A stretch of 63,629 nt of DNA, counting the filler. It is 5 parts of 5 records of this genome, joined end to end, with 100 filler letters (N's around TTAATTAATTAA, not from the genome) between each part and the next. Parts side by side here need not be neighbours in the genome. Positions count along the whole stretch, not along the records: positions 14,834 to 42,795 come from SRR31156797_14378; 4 more parts are not named here. The stretch is one strand, 5' to 3'. The notes under the pieces are model-generated. The model did no database searches. It was given only the letters and a program-made list of their open reading frames with translations, and was not told the origin of the DNA. Made by a program: the position numbers and the translations under genes. Below, one piece after another: positions 22,372-31,604 of the stretch. Positions within the stretch are counted from its first letter, which is position 1, and every line of letters starts with the position of its first letter.

Positions 22372-23022
22372 TTAATGAAGAACATCCCCCAGCCGACTCC
22401 ACCGAATGGAACTGAGCCGGTCAAAAGATAATAGTGGTTTTTGTACGTCCCACGACCAGTAGATGAAAAAAGCTTTCCCGCGTACAGCGTCCAGGTCAAC
22501 AAATCCCCAAAAACGTCCATCATAGGAGTTATCGCGATTATCACCCATAACCAAAAGCTTTCCCGGGGGCACTGTTACCGGCCCAAAGTTATCTCTGGGA
22601 CCAATCGCAGCTGACAAAACATTGACATCGCGATGTACTCCATACTTATCCTCAAACGGCTGATCATTAACAAATATCTTTTTATTGCGAATTGCAACCG
22701 TATCTCCGGCAACCCCTATGACCCGTTTAATATAATCAAGTTTCGGGTCTTTAGGATATTTAAACACAACAATGTCATTGGTTTGCGGATCTTTAATCGG
22801 AATCAGAACAGAGCCGGTAAAAGGGACCTTAACCCCATAAATAAATTTATTTACTAGAATATGGTCTCCTATTTGCAAAGTAGGCAACATTGAACCGGAT
22901 GGAATTTTAAACGCCTGAACAATGAACGTTCTAATAAAAAGCGCCAAAACAATGGCGATAATTACGGCTTCAACGTTTTCGCGTAATCCGGATTTATTTT
23001 TTTTCTTTTTTAAATCTGCCAC
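22372..23022 (-). CDS. lepB: Signal peptidase I
   Basis: QAFKIPSGSM.PTL, YIKRVIG, MGDNRDNS.DGRFWG. Confidence 0.97.
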   Translation of the reverse strand: MADLKKKKNKSGLRENVEAVIIAIVLALFIRTFIVQAFKIPSGSMLPTLQIGDHILVNKFIYGVKVPFTGSVLIPIKDPQTNDIVVFKYPKDPKLDYIKRVIGVAGDTVAIRNKKIFVNDQPFEDKYGVHRDVNVLSAAIGPRDNFGPVTVPPGKLLVMGDNRDNSYDGRFWGFVDLDAVRGKAFFIYWSWDVQKPLLSFDRLSSIRWSRLGDVLH

Positions 23023-23240
23023 AGATAGTGCCTTTAATTAAGGGAAATGGACGTAAAACCAGGGCAAAATTAACCTAACAGCCTATAAAATACAAGCAGG
23101 ATTTCCAGCGCCTCGAAATGCACTACATTACACACGGTATTTCAATCAGTTACCAAAACAAACAACTGAGGGCGCATTCAGTTAACATAAGCTATCCCCC
23201 TGGTTTTTATTACATAAAACACAAAAAATCTGGCCTTACC

Positions 23241-23270
23241 TTGACAAAGCGAACTGTTTATGTGCTAATT
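23241..23270 (+). promoter_or_regulatory. Putative sigma-70 promoter of the pil operon
   Basis: TTGACA at 23241-23246, 17-nt spacer, GCTAAT -10-like hexamer. Confidence 0.4.
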
Positions 23271-23345
23271 AACAGGGGATAAAAGAAGAATCTGCTTTTT
23301 AACGTTAATTCAAGCTCATGCCTCAACCTTTTTAAAGAGAAAACC

Positions 23346-24392
23346 ATGGCTAAGAAAGACCAGCTAATTACGGGTGTCGATATTGGCTCCCACGCCATCA
23401 AAGTCTGCCAACTGCAGCAGACAGGGAAGGGATACAAACTTCTCTCCATAGGCAGCACCACATTGCCTCCGGGCGTAGTGGAAGATGGTGTTTTGCAGGA
23501 TCCCGATGTGGTAGGCAAAGCCATTGCAGCCTTATTTAAGAACTTGAAAATCAAAAACTCAAAAGTAGGCATATCCATCTCCGGCTATTCAGTTATCGTA
23601 AAAAAAATCAACCTTGAATACATGACTGACGAGGAATTATTGGAGTATATCGTAGCTGAAGCCGAACAGTATATTCCCTTTGATATTAATGAGGTATATC
23701 TCGACTTCCAAAAACTCCCCACCAGCAGTCAAGAAAATGACAGAAGTGATATAATGCTGGTTGCCGCGAAAAAAGAAGTGATTGACGACTACCTGCTTAT
23801 GCTCCAGGAACAAAAGCTCAAGCCTGTACTGGTCGACGTTGACGGTTTTGCTCTTGAAAACATCTGGGAGAAAATGTCAGGCAATGGTGAAAATATTGCA
23901 CTGGTTGATATTGGCGCCTCAAAAATGAACATTAATGTCATTGCTGATGGAGTAAGCGTCCTTGCTCGAGATATCGTTGTAGGCAGTAATCAACTTACAG
24001 ATCAGTTGGTAAATGCATTAGACGTCGATGAAGAAGAAGCGGAAAACATTAAACTGGGTATGGTTTCTGCAGGAGAAAACCAGAATAAAGTAGAAGAAAT
24101 TTTCATGCAAACCTGCACCCAATGGATACTGGAAATAAAAAAAGCTATTGATCTTTATATGGCAAATAACCCAGACAATCCTCTCAAATTGCTGGTACTC
24201 AGTGGGGGGGGGGCTAAAGTGAAAGGTCTATTGGATTATATCAAGCAGGAAACCGGGCTGGACGTTGTCTTGTTCAATCCGTTTGAAACGATGATAATTG
24301 ATGAGAAAAAAATCGACCGTCAATATCTTGACTCAATCGCTCCGGAAATGGCTATTGCCGCAGGGTTGGCCATCCGGGAAGCAGCCTTCTAA
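23346..24392 (+). CDS. pilM: Type IV pilus assembly protein PilM
   Basis: GVDIGSHAIK actin-like fold, EAEQYIPF.I.EVYLDF, MLVAAKKE, VDVDGFAL.N, LSGGGAK. Confidence 0.96.
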   Translation: MAKKDQLITGVDIGSHAIKVCQLQQTGKGYKLLSIGSTTLPPGVVEDGVLQDPDVVGKAIAALFKNLKIKNSKVGISISGYSVIVKKINLEYMTDEELLEYIVAEAEQYIPFDINEVYLDFQKLPTSSQENDRSDIMLVAAKKEVIDDYLLMLQEQKLKPVLVDVDGFALENIWEKMSGNGENIALVDIGASKMNINVIADGVSVLARDIVVGSNQLTDQLVNALDVDEEEAENIKLGMVSAGENQNKVEEIFMQTCTQWILEIKKAIDLYMANNPDNPLKLLVLSGGGAKVKGLLDYIKQETGLDVVLFNPFETMIIDEKKIDRQYLDSIAPEMAIAAGLAIREAAF

Positions 24393-24398
24393 GAAATT

Positions 24399-24971
24399 AT
24401 GATATATATAAATCTTTTACCTGTTAGGGAAATCAGGCGCAGAAACAAAGCTAAGAACCAAATCTTCACCTTAGCTGGTGCGTTCGTATTGCTTGTTGCC
24501 CTGCTCGCCATATTTGCAATTCTTCAGGGAAACACAATCACTGAGAGGAAGAATACCCTTGCAGACCTGAAAAAAGATAAGCAGCGCTATACCACCATCC
24601 TTAATAAGATTAAGCAGCTTGAAAAAGACAAACAGGTCTTGAAAAACCGAATCGCTGTCATCAAAAAACTCAAAAAGTCATCATCACTTACAGTGCATGC
24701 CCTTGATGAGGTGGCTAATCTTACCCCTTCCAAAAGGATGTGGTTGACCACACTGACTCAGAGCGGTTCAAGTATGAAAGTATCTGGAATGGCCTTGGAC
24801 AACAGGACTATAGCCAAATATATGGACGATTTGAAAACCTCTCCCTACATCAAAAACGTTCGCCTGACGAGTTCATCACTCAAAGGGTTTGCAGGGAGAA
24901 ACCTGAAGGCTTTTTCTATTTCTTGTTCCATTGCCGTTCCTGAAGATAAAAAAGAACCACAAACGAATTGA
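24399..24971 (+). CDS. pilN: Type IV pilus assembly protein PilN
   Basis: INLLP N-terminal PilM-binding motif, TM helix, coiled coil, MWLT.L. Confidence 0.94.
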   Translation: MIYINLLPVREIRRRNKAKNQIFTLAGAFVLLVALLAIFAILQGNTITERKNTLADLKKDKQRYTTILNKIKQLEKDKQVLKNRIAVIKKLKKSSSLTVHALDEVANLTPSKRMWLTTLTQSGSSMKVSGMALDNRTIAKYMDDLKTSPYIKNVRLTSSSLKGFAGRNLKAFSISCSIAVPEDKKEPQTN

Positions 24972-24986
24972 TCACAGGCACAAAAT

Positions 24987-25631
24987 ATGGCTGCTGGCAC
25001 TATTACAAACAAATTTGACACCTTTATCGACGAAAAATACAGTCCTCTTGATGTAAAGGTAAAAATTGCGATTGCAGTTTTAATACTGCTCATACCTGCT
25101 GCGCTCTGCTACTTCCTTGTGTTTCAGCCTAACAAGGAAGCGATTGCCAGACTTGACAACCAAATCGTCAAAGCACAGAAGGACTTGACCAAAGCTCGAA
25201 AAGCTGCGCAGAACCTGCCTAAGCATGAACAAGAACTGGCAGAGATTAAAAAAGAGTTTGAAGCAACGGCGGTTATATTGCCTAAAAGCCAGGAAATTCC
25301 CAACTTGTTGAGAAGTATATCAGACCGAGGGAAGAGTGCTGGTCTTGATTTTCTATCCTTTAAACCGGGTGCGGAAATTCCGAGGGATTTTTATGCGGAA
25401 ATTCCGGTCGATATCTCAACCAAAGGCCCCTACCACAATATGGGCTTCTTTCTCGATCAGGTAAGTAAACTGGAACGACTGGTAACAGTAAACAATATCA
25501 AAATGGGGTCGCCTAAAAAAGAAGGGTCGGAAATGCTTTTAAATTCGACCTGCAGACTTGTAACATACCGTTTCACCAACACCAAACTCCCTTCTGAAAA
25601 GAAGGGAAAAGGTAAAAAAAGAAAACGATAA
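24987..25631 (+). CDS. pilO: Type IV pilus assembly protein PilO
   Basis: TM plus coiled coil, LPKSQEIP.LL, FYAEIPV.I...GPYH..G.F...VSKL.RLV, TYRF. Confidence 0.95.
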   Translation: MAAGTITNKFDTFIDEKYSPLDVKVKIAIAVLILLIPAALCYFLVFQPNKEAIARLDNQIVKAQKDLTKARKAAQNLPKHEQELAEIKKEFEATAVILPKSQEIPNLLRSISDRGKSAGLDFLSFKPGAEIPRDFYAEIPVDISTKGPYHNMGFFLDQVSKLERLVTVNNIKMGSPKKEGSEMLLNSTCRLVTYRFTNTKLPSEKKGKGKKRKR

Positions 25632-25657
25632 CATAAGGCCCTATCAGGACTTATACC

Positions 25658-26203
25658 ATGCTACTTAAAAAAAACAGCAATCCTTATTTCGCCTTTTCCA
25701 CATTGACGTTGGCGGCGGCCTTCAGCTTCATTATGCTGCAAGCACCCCCATCGTATGCGACTGCAGAGGTGGTCCAACCTTCGGTACCTCTTAGTCTGGA
25801 ACAAGACGCACCTGCCGGCGGCACGAATACCTTTGTCTATGAGCTGGAGGGGCGGTCTGACCCATTCATTCCCTTTATCACGCCTAAAGCCACGACTGCG
25901 GGGCTTCTGGACCCTAATGAAATTATAGATGAAGAAACAATTTTAACAGGGATGCAGCTGTTTGAACCAGGGCAGTTAAGGCTGGTTGCAGTGCTGGTAG
26001 CGAAGGGTGAACCAATGGCACTGGTCGAAGATGTTACCGGCAAGGGCTATATATTGCGTGAAGGTATTCCCATTGGCCGCCGTGGAGTGGTCGATGAAAT
26101 TTTTGCATCGGAAGTAAAAATTACTGAAACCGCTAAAACTCGAGCGGGCAAAGAGATTTTAAAAACGATTACAATGAAATTAAAAAAAGAGGGAGACGAA
26201 TAA
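25658..26203 (+). CDS. pilP: Type IV pilus assembly protein PilP
   Basis: Y...GRSDPF.P, QLRLVAV, ALVEDVTGKGYI...G..IG..G.V..I; operon position. Confidence 0.88.
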   Translation: MLLKKNSNPYFAFSTLTLAAAFSFIMLQAPPSYATAEVVQPSVPLSLEQDAPAGGTNTFVYELEGRSDPFIPFITPKATTAGLLDPNEIIDEETILTGMQLFEPGQLRLVAVLVAKGEPMALVEDVTGKGYILREGIPIGRRGVVDEIFASEVKITETAKTRAGKEILKTITMKLKKEGDE

Positions 26204-26205
26204 AC

Positions 26206-28080
26206 ATGTTTCACTTTTCTTCCCCATCCAGTTGGACAACGCGATTATCTGCAAGCACTAAGCTGGCACTCCTATGCGTTGTGAGCATGGGCCTTCTTGC
26301 CCTGACCACTGGCTCTGCTTTTTCGGCAGAAGATGACAAGGGCGCAAATAAGGTGGGCTCCTTAACTGTGACAGAGAAAGGTACCTCTCTTGAAATTAGA
26401 GTCAACAGTTCGGAAACTCCGACTTATACAGTATACGAACTGTTCAACCCACCCAGAATTGTGCTGGATATTGCCGAAACATCGCCTACACCCGAATTTG
26501 CACCACAGATTCCACCTGAATTTAACATTAAGCTTGCAACCAAACAACTCACAGATGTTTCGCCATCTTTGTTTCGTTTGGAATTTACGTTGCCGGAGTC
26601 TATGCCTTTTGAGACCTCTCTGGATGGAAATGATGTTATTCTGACCATCAGCAAAGGTGAATCTGTCGCCCCTGAGGCGACGCCGACGAAGATGCTTGAA
26701 GTTACTGATATTCAGGTGAAGACATCACCAGATCAAACCCGCATCAAGATACTGGCAAACAGTGAAATTACCAATTACACATATGATGTTATTGACAGTA
26801 AGGGTAGCACGCCAGCCAGAATGTACATTGATCTCAACACGATCACAGGGGACACACTATTACAGGAACAGATGGTTGGCACCTCTTTGTCACGCATTCG
26901 TGTTGCAAAGCGCGGATCGGGGCTACGGATAGTTTTCGACTCATCAACAAAAGACCTGTTCCCGTTTACTGTCCAGTCGGTTCCCAATGGCCTCGAAGTC
27001 ATCATTGAGGAGCCACAACAGGTTGATCAAATTTCTACACTTATTAAAGAAAAAACCACCATTGAAAGTCAGCTTCCTGAGGTAGATCCCCTCGAGACGC
27101 GACTTTCTCCCCAGGCAACTGAGCAACAACTCCAGGATGCATTTAATTTTTCCGGCTACAATAAAGAACGCATAACCGTAGATTTTTATAAAATCGACTT
27201 ACACAATGTATTCCGTCTCTTCCGCGAAGTAAGTGGTATCAATATAGTTGTTGACGGATCAGTATCAGGATCTTTGACGCTTGCTCTTGACGATGTGCCT
27301 TGGGACTTTGCTCTTGATATTATCCTTAATCTTAAAAACCTGACCAAAGAAGAACGTTTCAACACTTTGGTCATTCTGCCTAAAGATAAATCCTTTAACT
27401 GGGCCAAACAGGCAGAGAATAATATTTCTTTTGAAGCAGATATTGAAGTCGCCGAGCAAGAAGCACTCATTATTAAACAGCAGCAGAGCCTGCCGAAGGA
27501 AGTAATCGAAGCAAAGCAGCTTATCGCTCAGGGTAAAAAGGCTGAAAAAAGAGAGAATTTCGAGCTGGCAATCAGCCTGTATGAGCAAGCATTTGCCAAA
27601 TGGGCTGACAATGGGAAACTGGCCAATAGGATTGCATCCATCTATTTGGTTAGACTGCGACAAAATGCCAAAGCAGTCTTTTACGCAAAAAAAGCACTTG
27701 CTGTAGATCCAGATAATACGGCTGCTGCTCTTAATGTAGCCATTGGCTTGGCAAATATGCAAGAGCTGCAACAGGCAGTAGAATTTTTCGACCAAAGCAT
27801 CAGCGCTGAAAAACCTAGCGCAGAGGCATTGTTGAGTTATGCGGTGTTTAGCGAAGGCAAGAAAGAATATGAAAGTGCCCTTAAACTCCTCTCCCGATAC
27901 GACAAGATCTATGGTCAAAACTTAAATTCCATGATTGCGGTGGCCCGTGTCAACGACAAGCTCGGTAATCATGCTGTTGCCACAGAAAAATATCAGGCAA
28001 TCCTTTTGGCCGGATTTAGAATACCACCTGATCTTGCCAAGTATATAAAGGGCCGTATCGCTCTTAAACAGACAATGTAA
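26206..28080 (+). CDS. PilQ-like periplasmic protein: signal peptide, 2x AMIN, secretin N0 domain, TPR repeats (no secretin beta-barrel)
   Basis: AMIN motifs (LFNPPRIVLDI; TPARMYIDL); PilQ N0 signature (ITVDF..IDLHNVFRLF.EVSGINIVVD.SV.GSLTL.L.DVPWD.ALDIIL); helical TPR-like C-terminus (AISLYEQA, AVFYAKKALAVDPDN, AVEFFDQSI). Confidence 0.85.
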   Translation: MFHFSSPSSWTTRLSASTKLALLCVVSMGLLALTTGSAFSAEDDKGANKVGSLTVTEKGTSLEIRVNSSETPTYTVYELFNPPRIVLDIAETSPTPEFAPQIPPEFNIKLATKQLTDVSPSLFRLEFTLPESMPFETSLDGNDVILTISKGESVAPEATPTKMLEVTDIQVKTSPDQTRIKILANSEITNYTYDVIDSKGSTPARMYIDLNTITGDTLLQEQMVGTSLSRIRVAKRGSGLRIVFDSSTKDLFPFTVQSVPNGLEVIIEEPQQVDQISTLIKEKTTIESQLPEVDPLETRLSPQATEQQLQDAFNFSGYNKERITVDFYKIDLHNVFRLFREVSGINIVVDGSVSGSLTLALDDVPWDFALDIILNLKNLTKEERFNTLVILPKDKSFNWAKQAENNISFEADIEVAEQEALIIKQQQSLPKEVIEAKQLIAQGKKAEKRENFELAISLYEQAFAKWADNGKLANRIASIYLVRLRQNAKAVFYAKKALAVDPDNTAAALNVAIGLANMQELQQAVEFFDQSISAEKPSAEALLSYAVFSEGKKEYESALKLLSRYDKIYGQNLNSMIAVARVNDKLGNHAVATEKYQAILLAGFRIPPDLAKYIKGRIALKQTM

Positions 28081-28113
28081 ATGCGCTCTATACTGAATTT
28101 GAGGAAAAGCCAT

Positions 28114-29805
28114 ATGAAGTTAGCTAACTGTTCATTGCCACTGGTTCTCTCGCTCATGATCCTTGCATTATCGGCTTGTGCCGACAAGGATACCGCCGAG
28201 GAGAACCCACCTGCTCAGGAGACACCGACTGCAGCCCAAGAGGCGACTCCCGCACCCCCTCCAGAACCGGCACAATTACCTGTCAGATTTCAGCAACCCG
28301 GTTTCGTTACAGCAGATCTTGAAGCAGAAGAACAGCTGGAAGACCAGTCAGGGGAATATCAGCTGAAAGTCGGTGCTACCATACGCTCAACAGCAGGCCC
28401 GCAACCCTTATGGGATATTCTGAACCGCTTAGGTGCCCTTAAAGGCATGAGCGTGAGCTGGGCTAGTGATGTGGATCAGACCGTATTGGTTGACGTCAAC
28501 ATTGCGGCTGAGGATGACTTTTTCACAGCCATTGACAACTTATTGCGCCAGGTTGATTACTACAATGAAGTAGAAGGCAATACCATCATTGTCAAATACC
28601 GCGAAACAAAGAAATTTTTCATTGCTATCCCTAATATGAAAGGTACCTATACCACGACTACTGGTGGTAATTACCTTACAGATCGCGATGCCGCAACCGG
28701 TACGGAAGGCACTATCAAGATAACCAGTGATGAAAATGGTTTTGATGTTTGGGCCAATATTCGTGCTAACCTCGACTTGATCATGCAGCAGTGGACTACA
28801 GTAACCACAGAACCGGATGATCAACCAGCAGATGATGCTGATGGTGCAGGACCAGCAGAGGCGGATGCTGATGAAAACAGAGCGACCAGGCGGATGGCGA
28901 CTGGTGGTTCCTACTATACCGTTGACCAGTCTGTTGGTCTTATCACAGTTACAGCGCCAAGACCATTACTGGATAAAGTTGAACTCTACTTGACGACCTT
29001 GAAAGAAGAAATTTATCGTCAGGTCGTGATTGAAGCAAAAATCATCGAAGTCTACCTTGAGGATAATTCCAAGATTGGCCTGGACTGGAGTCTTGTCTTG
29101 AAAGACTTCGACATAACCGGAACTACCTTTTTCGGTACAGCAGGTACCGGCGGAGACGGCCAGGTGTATCCTTGGATTCCTGCTGAAGGTGACGCAGACT
29201 CTATAACCACCTTTATCAGTAAGATCACACTGAACCCTGCAAACTTTTCAGTCATGCTCAATGCCCTTAATGAACAGGGTGATGCAAATGTTCTTTCCAA
29301 CCCAAAACTAACGGTTTTAAACGGACAGCCTGCTCTTATCTCTGTGGGCAAAGATATTGCCTATATCAAAACCGTTTCCCAAAATATTGACTCAGGCAGT
29401 GGAAGCAACTTGACTACTGTTACCTATACTGCTGAAGTCGATAATGTTGTAGAAGGTGTAGCTCTCGGTGTGGTTGCATCCATTGTCAACGACGAAAAAG
29501 TAGTGCTCCATCTTACTCCGGTAACAACCAATCTTATAGATGATACTATCGAGTATAGAACGTTTGGTGACGGGCTTGAAGTCGGTCTTCCCAAGGTCGG
29601 TGTTCGTGAAATGTCTACCATGGTGGAAGTCGGTAACGGCGAAATGCTTGTTATTGGCGGCCTTATAGATGAAGTCGATAGTTCAGTGGGTAAATTTGCA
29701 CCTGTGGTTGGCGAAATACCCATCGTTAAATATCTCTTTGGTTACGAAGAAAAAATCAAAACCAAACGGGAATTGGTTATTTTGCTGACCCCCAAAATTA
29801 TATGA
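28114..29805 (+). CDS. Lipoprotein secretin, MshL/GspD-like
   Basis: Lipobox LSAC with start at ATG 28114 after a GAGG RBS (ORF track starts at 28081); QVVIEAKIIEV.L...SKIGLDW, VLSNPKLTVLNGQPA.ISVG, LVIGGLI, P.V.YLFG, RELVILLTPKII. Confidence 0.92.
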   Translation: MKLANCSLPLVLSLMILALSACADKDTAEENPPAQETPTAAQEATPAPPPEPAQLPVRFQQPGFVTADLEAEEQLEDQSGEYQLKVGATIRSTAGPQPLWDILNRLGALKGMSVSWASDVDQTVLVDVNIAAEDDFFTAIDNLLRQVDYYNEVEGNTIIVKYRETKKFFIAIPNMKGTYTTTTGGNYLTDRDAATGTEGTIKITSDENGFDVWANIRANLDLIMQQWTTVTTEPDDQPADDADGAGPAEADADENRATRRMATGGSYYTVDQSVGLITVTAPRPLLDKVELYLTTLKEEIYRQVVIEAKIIEVYLEDNSKIGLDWSLVLKDFDITGTTFFGTAGTGGDGQVYPWIPAEGDADSITTFISKITLNPANFSVMLNALNEQGDANVLSNPKLTVLNGQPALISVGKDIAYIKTVSQNIDSGSGSNLTTVTYTAEVDNVVEGVALGVVASIVNDEKVVLHLTPVTTNLIDDTIEYRTFGDGLEVGLPKVGVREMSTMVEVGNGEMLVIGGLIDEVDSSVGKFAPVVGEIPIVKYLFGYEEKIKTKRELVILLTPKII

Positions 29806-29851
29806 ACCAGGATTATTTTTTTAACATATCCAGAAAAACAGGAGAAATGGA

Positions 29852-30871
29852 ATGAAGTACAGTCGCTATCTGCTGATTGGTTTACTTGCGCTGCTTCTCG
29901 GAGGATGCGGCACAACCGTTAAGGAATCGTTGAAGGTTCAACCGGTTGCCAAAAGTGATAAAGGTGCCGATAAAACCATAGTCATCCTTCCATTTGCGGA
30001 CTATTCATATGCTGACAACTTAGATTCCGCATACCGGCGAAATTTGTATGTCACAGAAAATTTGACAGACAACCTCGTCTCCAACAGCTTCCATCTACCG
30101 GTGCAGGAAGATGTTTTTCTTTACCTGGTTAATCAGAATATTATTAACGTGGTTGCCTACGAAAAGAAAAAAACCGGTATGCTTGAAGATGAGCTGGATG
30201 ACGAATGGTCTGCTGCAATGAAGGCCCAGATTCAACGCTATATTGACCTGACTAAAAGCAGGAACAATAATATGCCAGTGCTTGAGAGCCCTGGTACCCA
30301 TGGTCTGACCCAGCAGGAAGTTGTTAAAATTGGCCGCCATTTCTCTGCTGACTACATCGTACGTGGACGAATCATTCAGTACAAAGAGCGAGAGGATCCT
30401 TCTTGGGCCCCTTGGAAAAAAGGTGTGATCGGTTTTATCACCGGTGTAACCAACAAAATTGCTTTTGGTCAGGCCCGTTCAGACCAGTATGATCTCTGGG
30501 GTAACATGGCTGCAGGTGCCACTTATGGTGCTCTGATTGGTGATGGGGTTAACTGGCCATACACCGGCGAGGCTGATCAAACTATCTTCGGTATCTCCGG
30601 GGGTCAGATGGGCAATACCCTCTTTTGGGGAGCTGTAGGTGCAGGTCTTGGTAACATGGCACACAACACTGGAAAAATCCCACAGGCTGTTGTCCAACTT
30701 CGTGTCTGGGTACAGGATGCGTATAATGGCGATGTGCTCTGGACCAACAGAGTTGACGTGAAAGTGTCACCAGAATCGGTACTGGCCGATTACCAATATG
30801 ATGTTCTCTTTGAAGGAGCAACCGAAAAAGCAATTACCACCCTTATGGATAACTTCACCGCTACACTCTGA
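29852..30871 (+). CDS. Outer-membrane lipoprotein, CsgG/LpoB/TolB-N-like alpha/beta fold with glycine-zipper insertion
   Basis: Lipobox LGGC; IVILPFAD, IGRHFSADYIVRGRI, VQLRVWV.DA.NGDVLW; Gly-rich hydrophobic segments GATYGALIG and GAVGAGLG. Confidence 0.6.
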   Translation: MKYSRYLLIGLLALLLGGCGTTVKESLKVQPVAKSDKGADKTIVILPFADYSYADNLDSAYRRNLYVTENLTDNLVSNSFHLPVQEDVFLYLVNQNIINVVAYEKKKTGMLEDELDDEWSAAMKAQIQRYIDLTKSRNNNMPVLESPGTHGLTQQEVVKIGRHFSADYIVRGRIIQYKEREDPSWAPWKKGVIGFITGVTNKIAFGQARSDQYDLWGNMAAGATYGALIGDGVNWPYTGEADQTIFGISGGQMGNTLFWGAVGAGLGNMAHNTGKIPQAVVQLRVWVQDAYNGDVLWTNRVDVKVSPESVLADYQYDVLFEGATEKAITTLMDNFTATL

Positions 30872-30901
30872 TGTGAAGTGAAATCCATTCCTCCTCATAT
30901 C

Positions 30902-30940
30902 AAAAGGGGCTTGCCGATTATTATCGGTAAGCCCCTTTTT
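30902..30940. terminator. Bidirectional intrinsic terminator between the pil operon and secB
   Basis: AAAAGGGGCTTGCCGAT-tatt-ATCGGTAAGCCCCTTTTT between convergent genes. Confidence 0.9.
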
Positions 30941-30972
30941 CATGTGTACCACGTTTATGCTGCGGAGAATGT

Positions 30973-31437
30973 TTACGAGTCTTTTTTCTGTTGCTGAGCA
31001 TTATCGTACAGGGCCACAAAATTAATTGGCTCCATCAAGAACGGCATAAAACCACCGTCTACGGAAACCTGGCTAACCACCTGCCGGGTAAACGGAAAGA
31101 GCATCAACGGACAATCAACAGCCATAACCCTTGCCAGGTGTTCTTCAGGAATGTTTTTCAACAAAAAGACGCCTGCGTGTTCAATCTCTACAATGAACAT
31201 CACTTTATCATCTGCTTTTTTGTCCAGCACCTTGGCGGTAATTGCCAGGGAAACTTCGTAATGGTCATCATCCATTTTTGTATTATTGATCTGCAGATTA
31301 AAATCGACCTTTGGCTCCTGATTTTTTTCTAAGAAAATAGTCGGAGCATTGGGACTCTCAAAAGAAAGATCTTTAATGTACATCTTCTGCATCCGAAAAA
31401 CCGGGGCTTCCTGCTGATTGTTGGCTTCTTCTGTCAT
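30973..31437 (-). CDS. secB: Protein-export chaperone SecB
   Basis: YIKDLSFESPNAP, YEVSL.IT, CPLMLFPF.R, GGF.PF...PINF.ALY. Confidence 0.96.
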   Translation of the reverse strand: MTEEANNQQEAPVFRMQKMYIKDLSFESPNAPTIFLEKNQEPKVDFNLQINNTKMDDDHYEVSLAITAKVLDKKADDKVMFIVEIEHAGVFLLKNIPEEHLARVMAVDCPLMLFPFTRQVVSQVSVDGGFMPFLMEPINFVALYDNAQQQKKDS

Positions 31438-31604
31438 GTTCTATCCTTTTTTCAGTTTTATTGGTTAAGTCTCTACTTGCTTCTTGAACTTCTTTTCCTT
31501 CCACAGATACGCTACTGGATTGAAATCAATCGATTGTTTTCATCCTTGGATAAACCAATCCATGCCACCTTAACAGGGAAAAGCAATCAGGCAAATTGAA
31601 AAAA

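Noticed and set aside
20098-23022. pyrB-pyrC without pyrI or pyrR
   Set aside because: PyrB-PyrC complexes without PyrI are common; nothing novel is visible.
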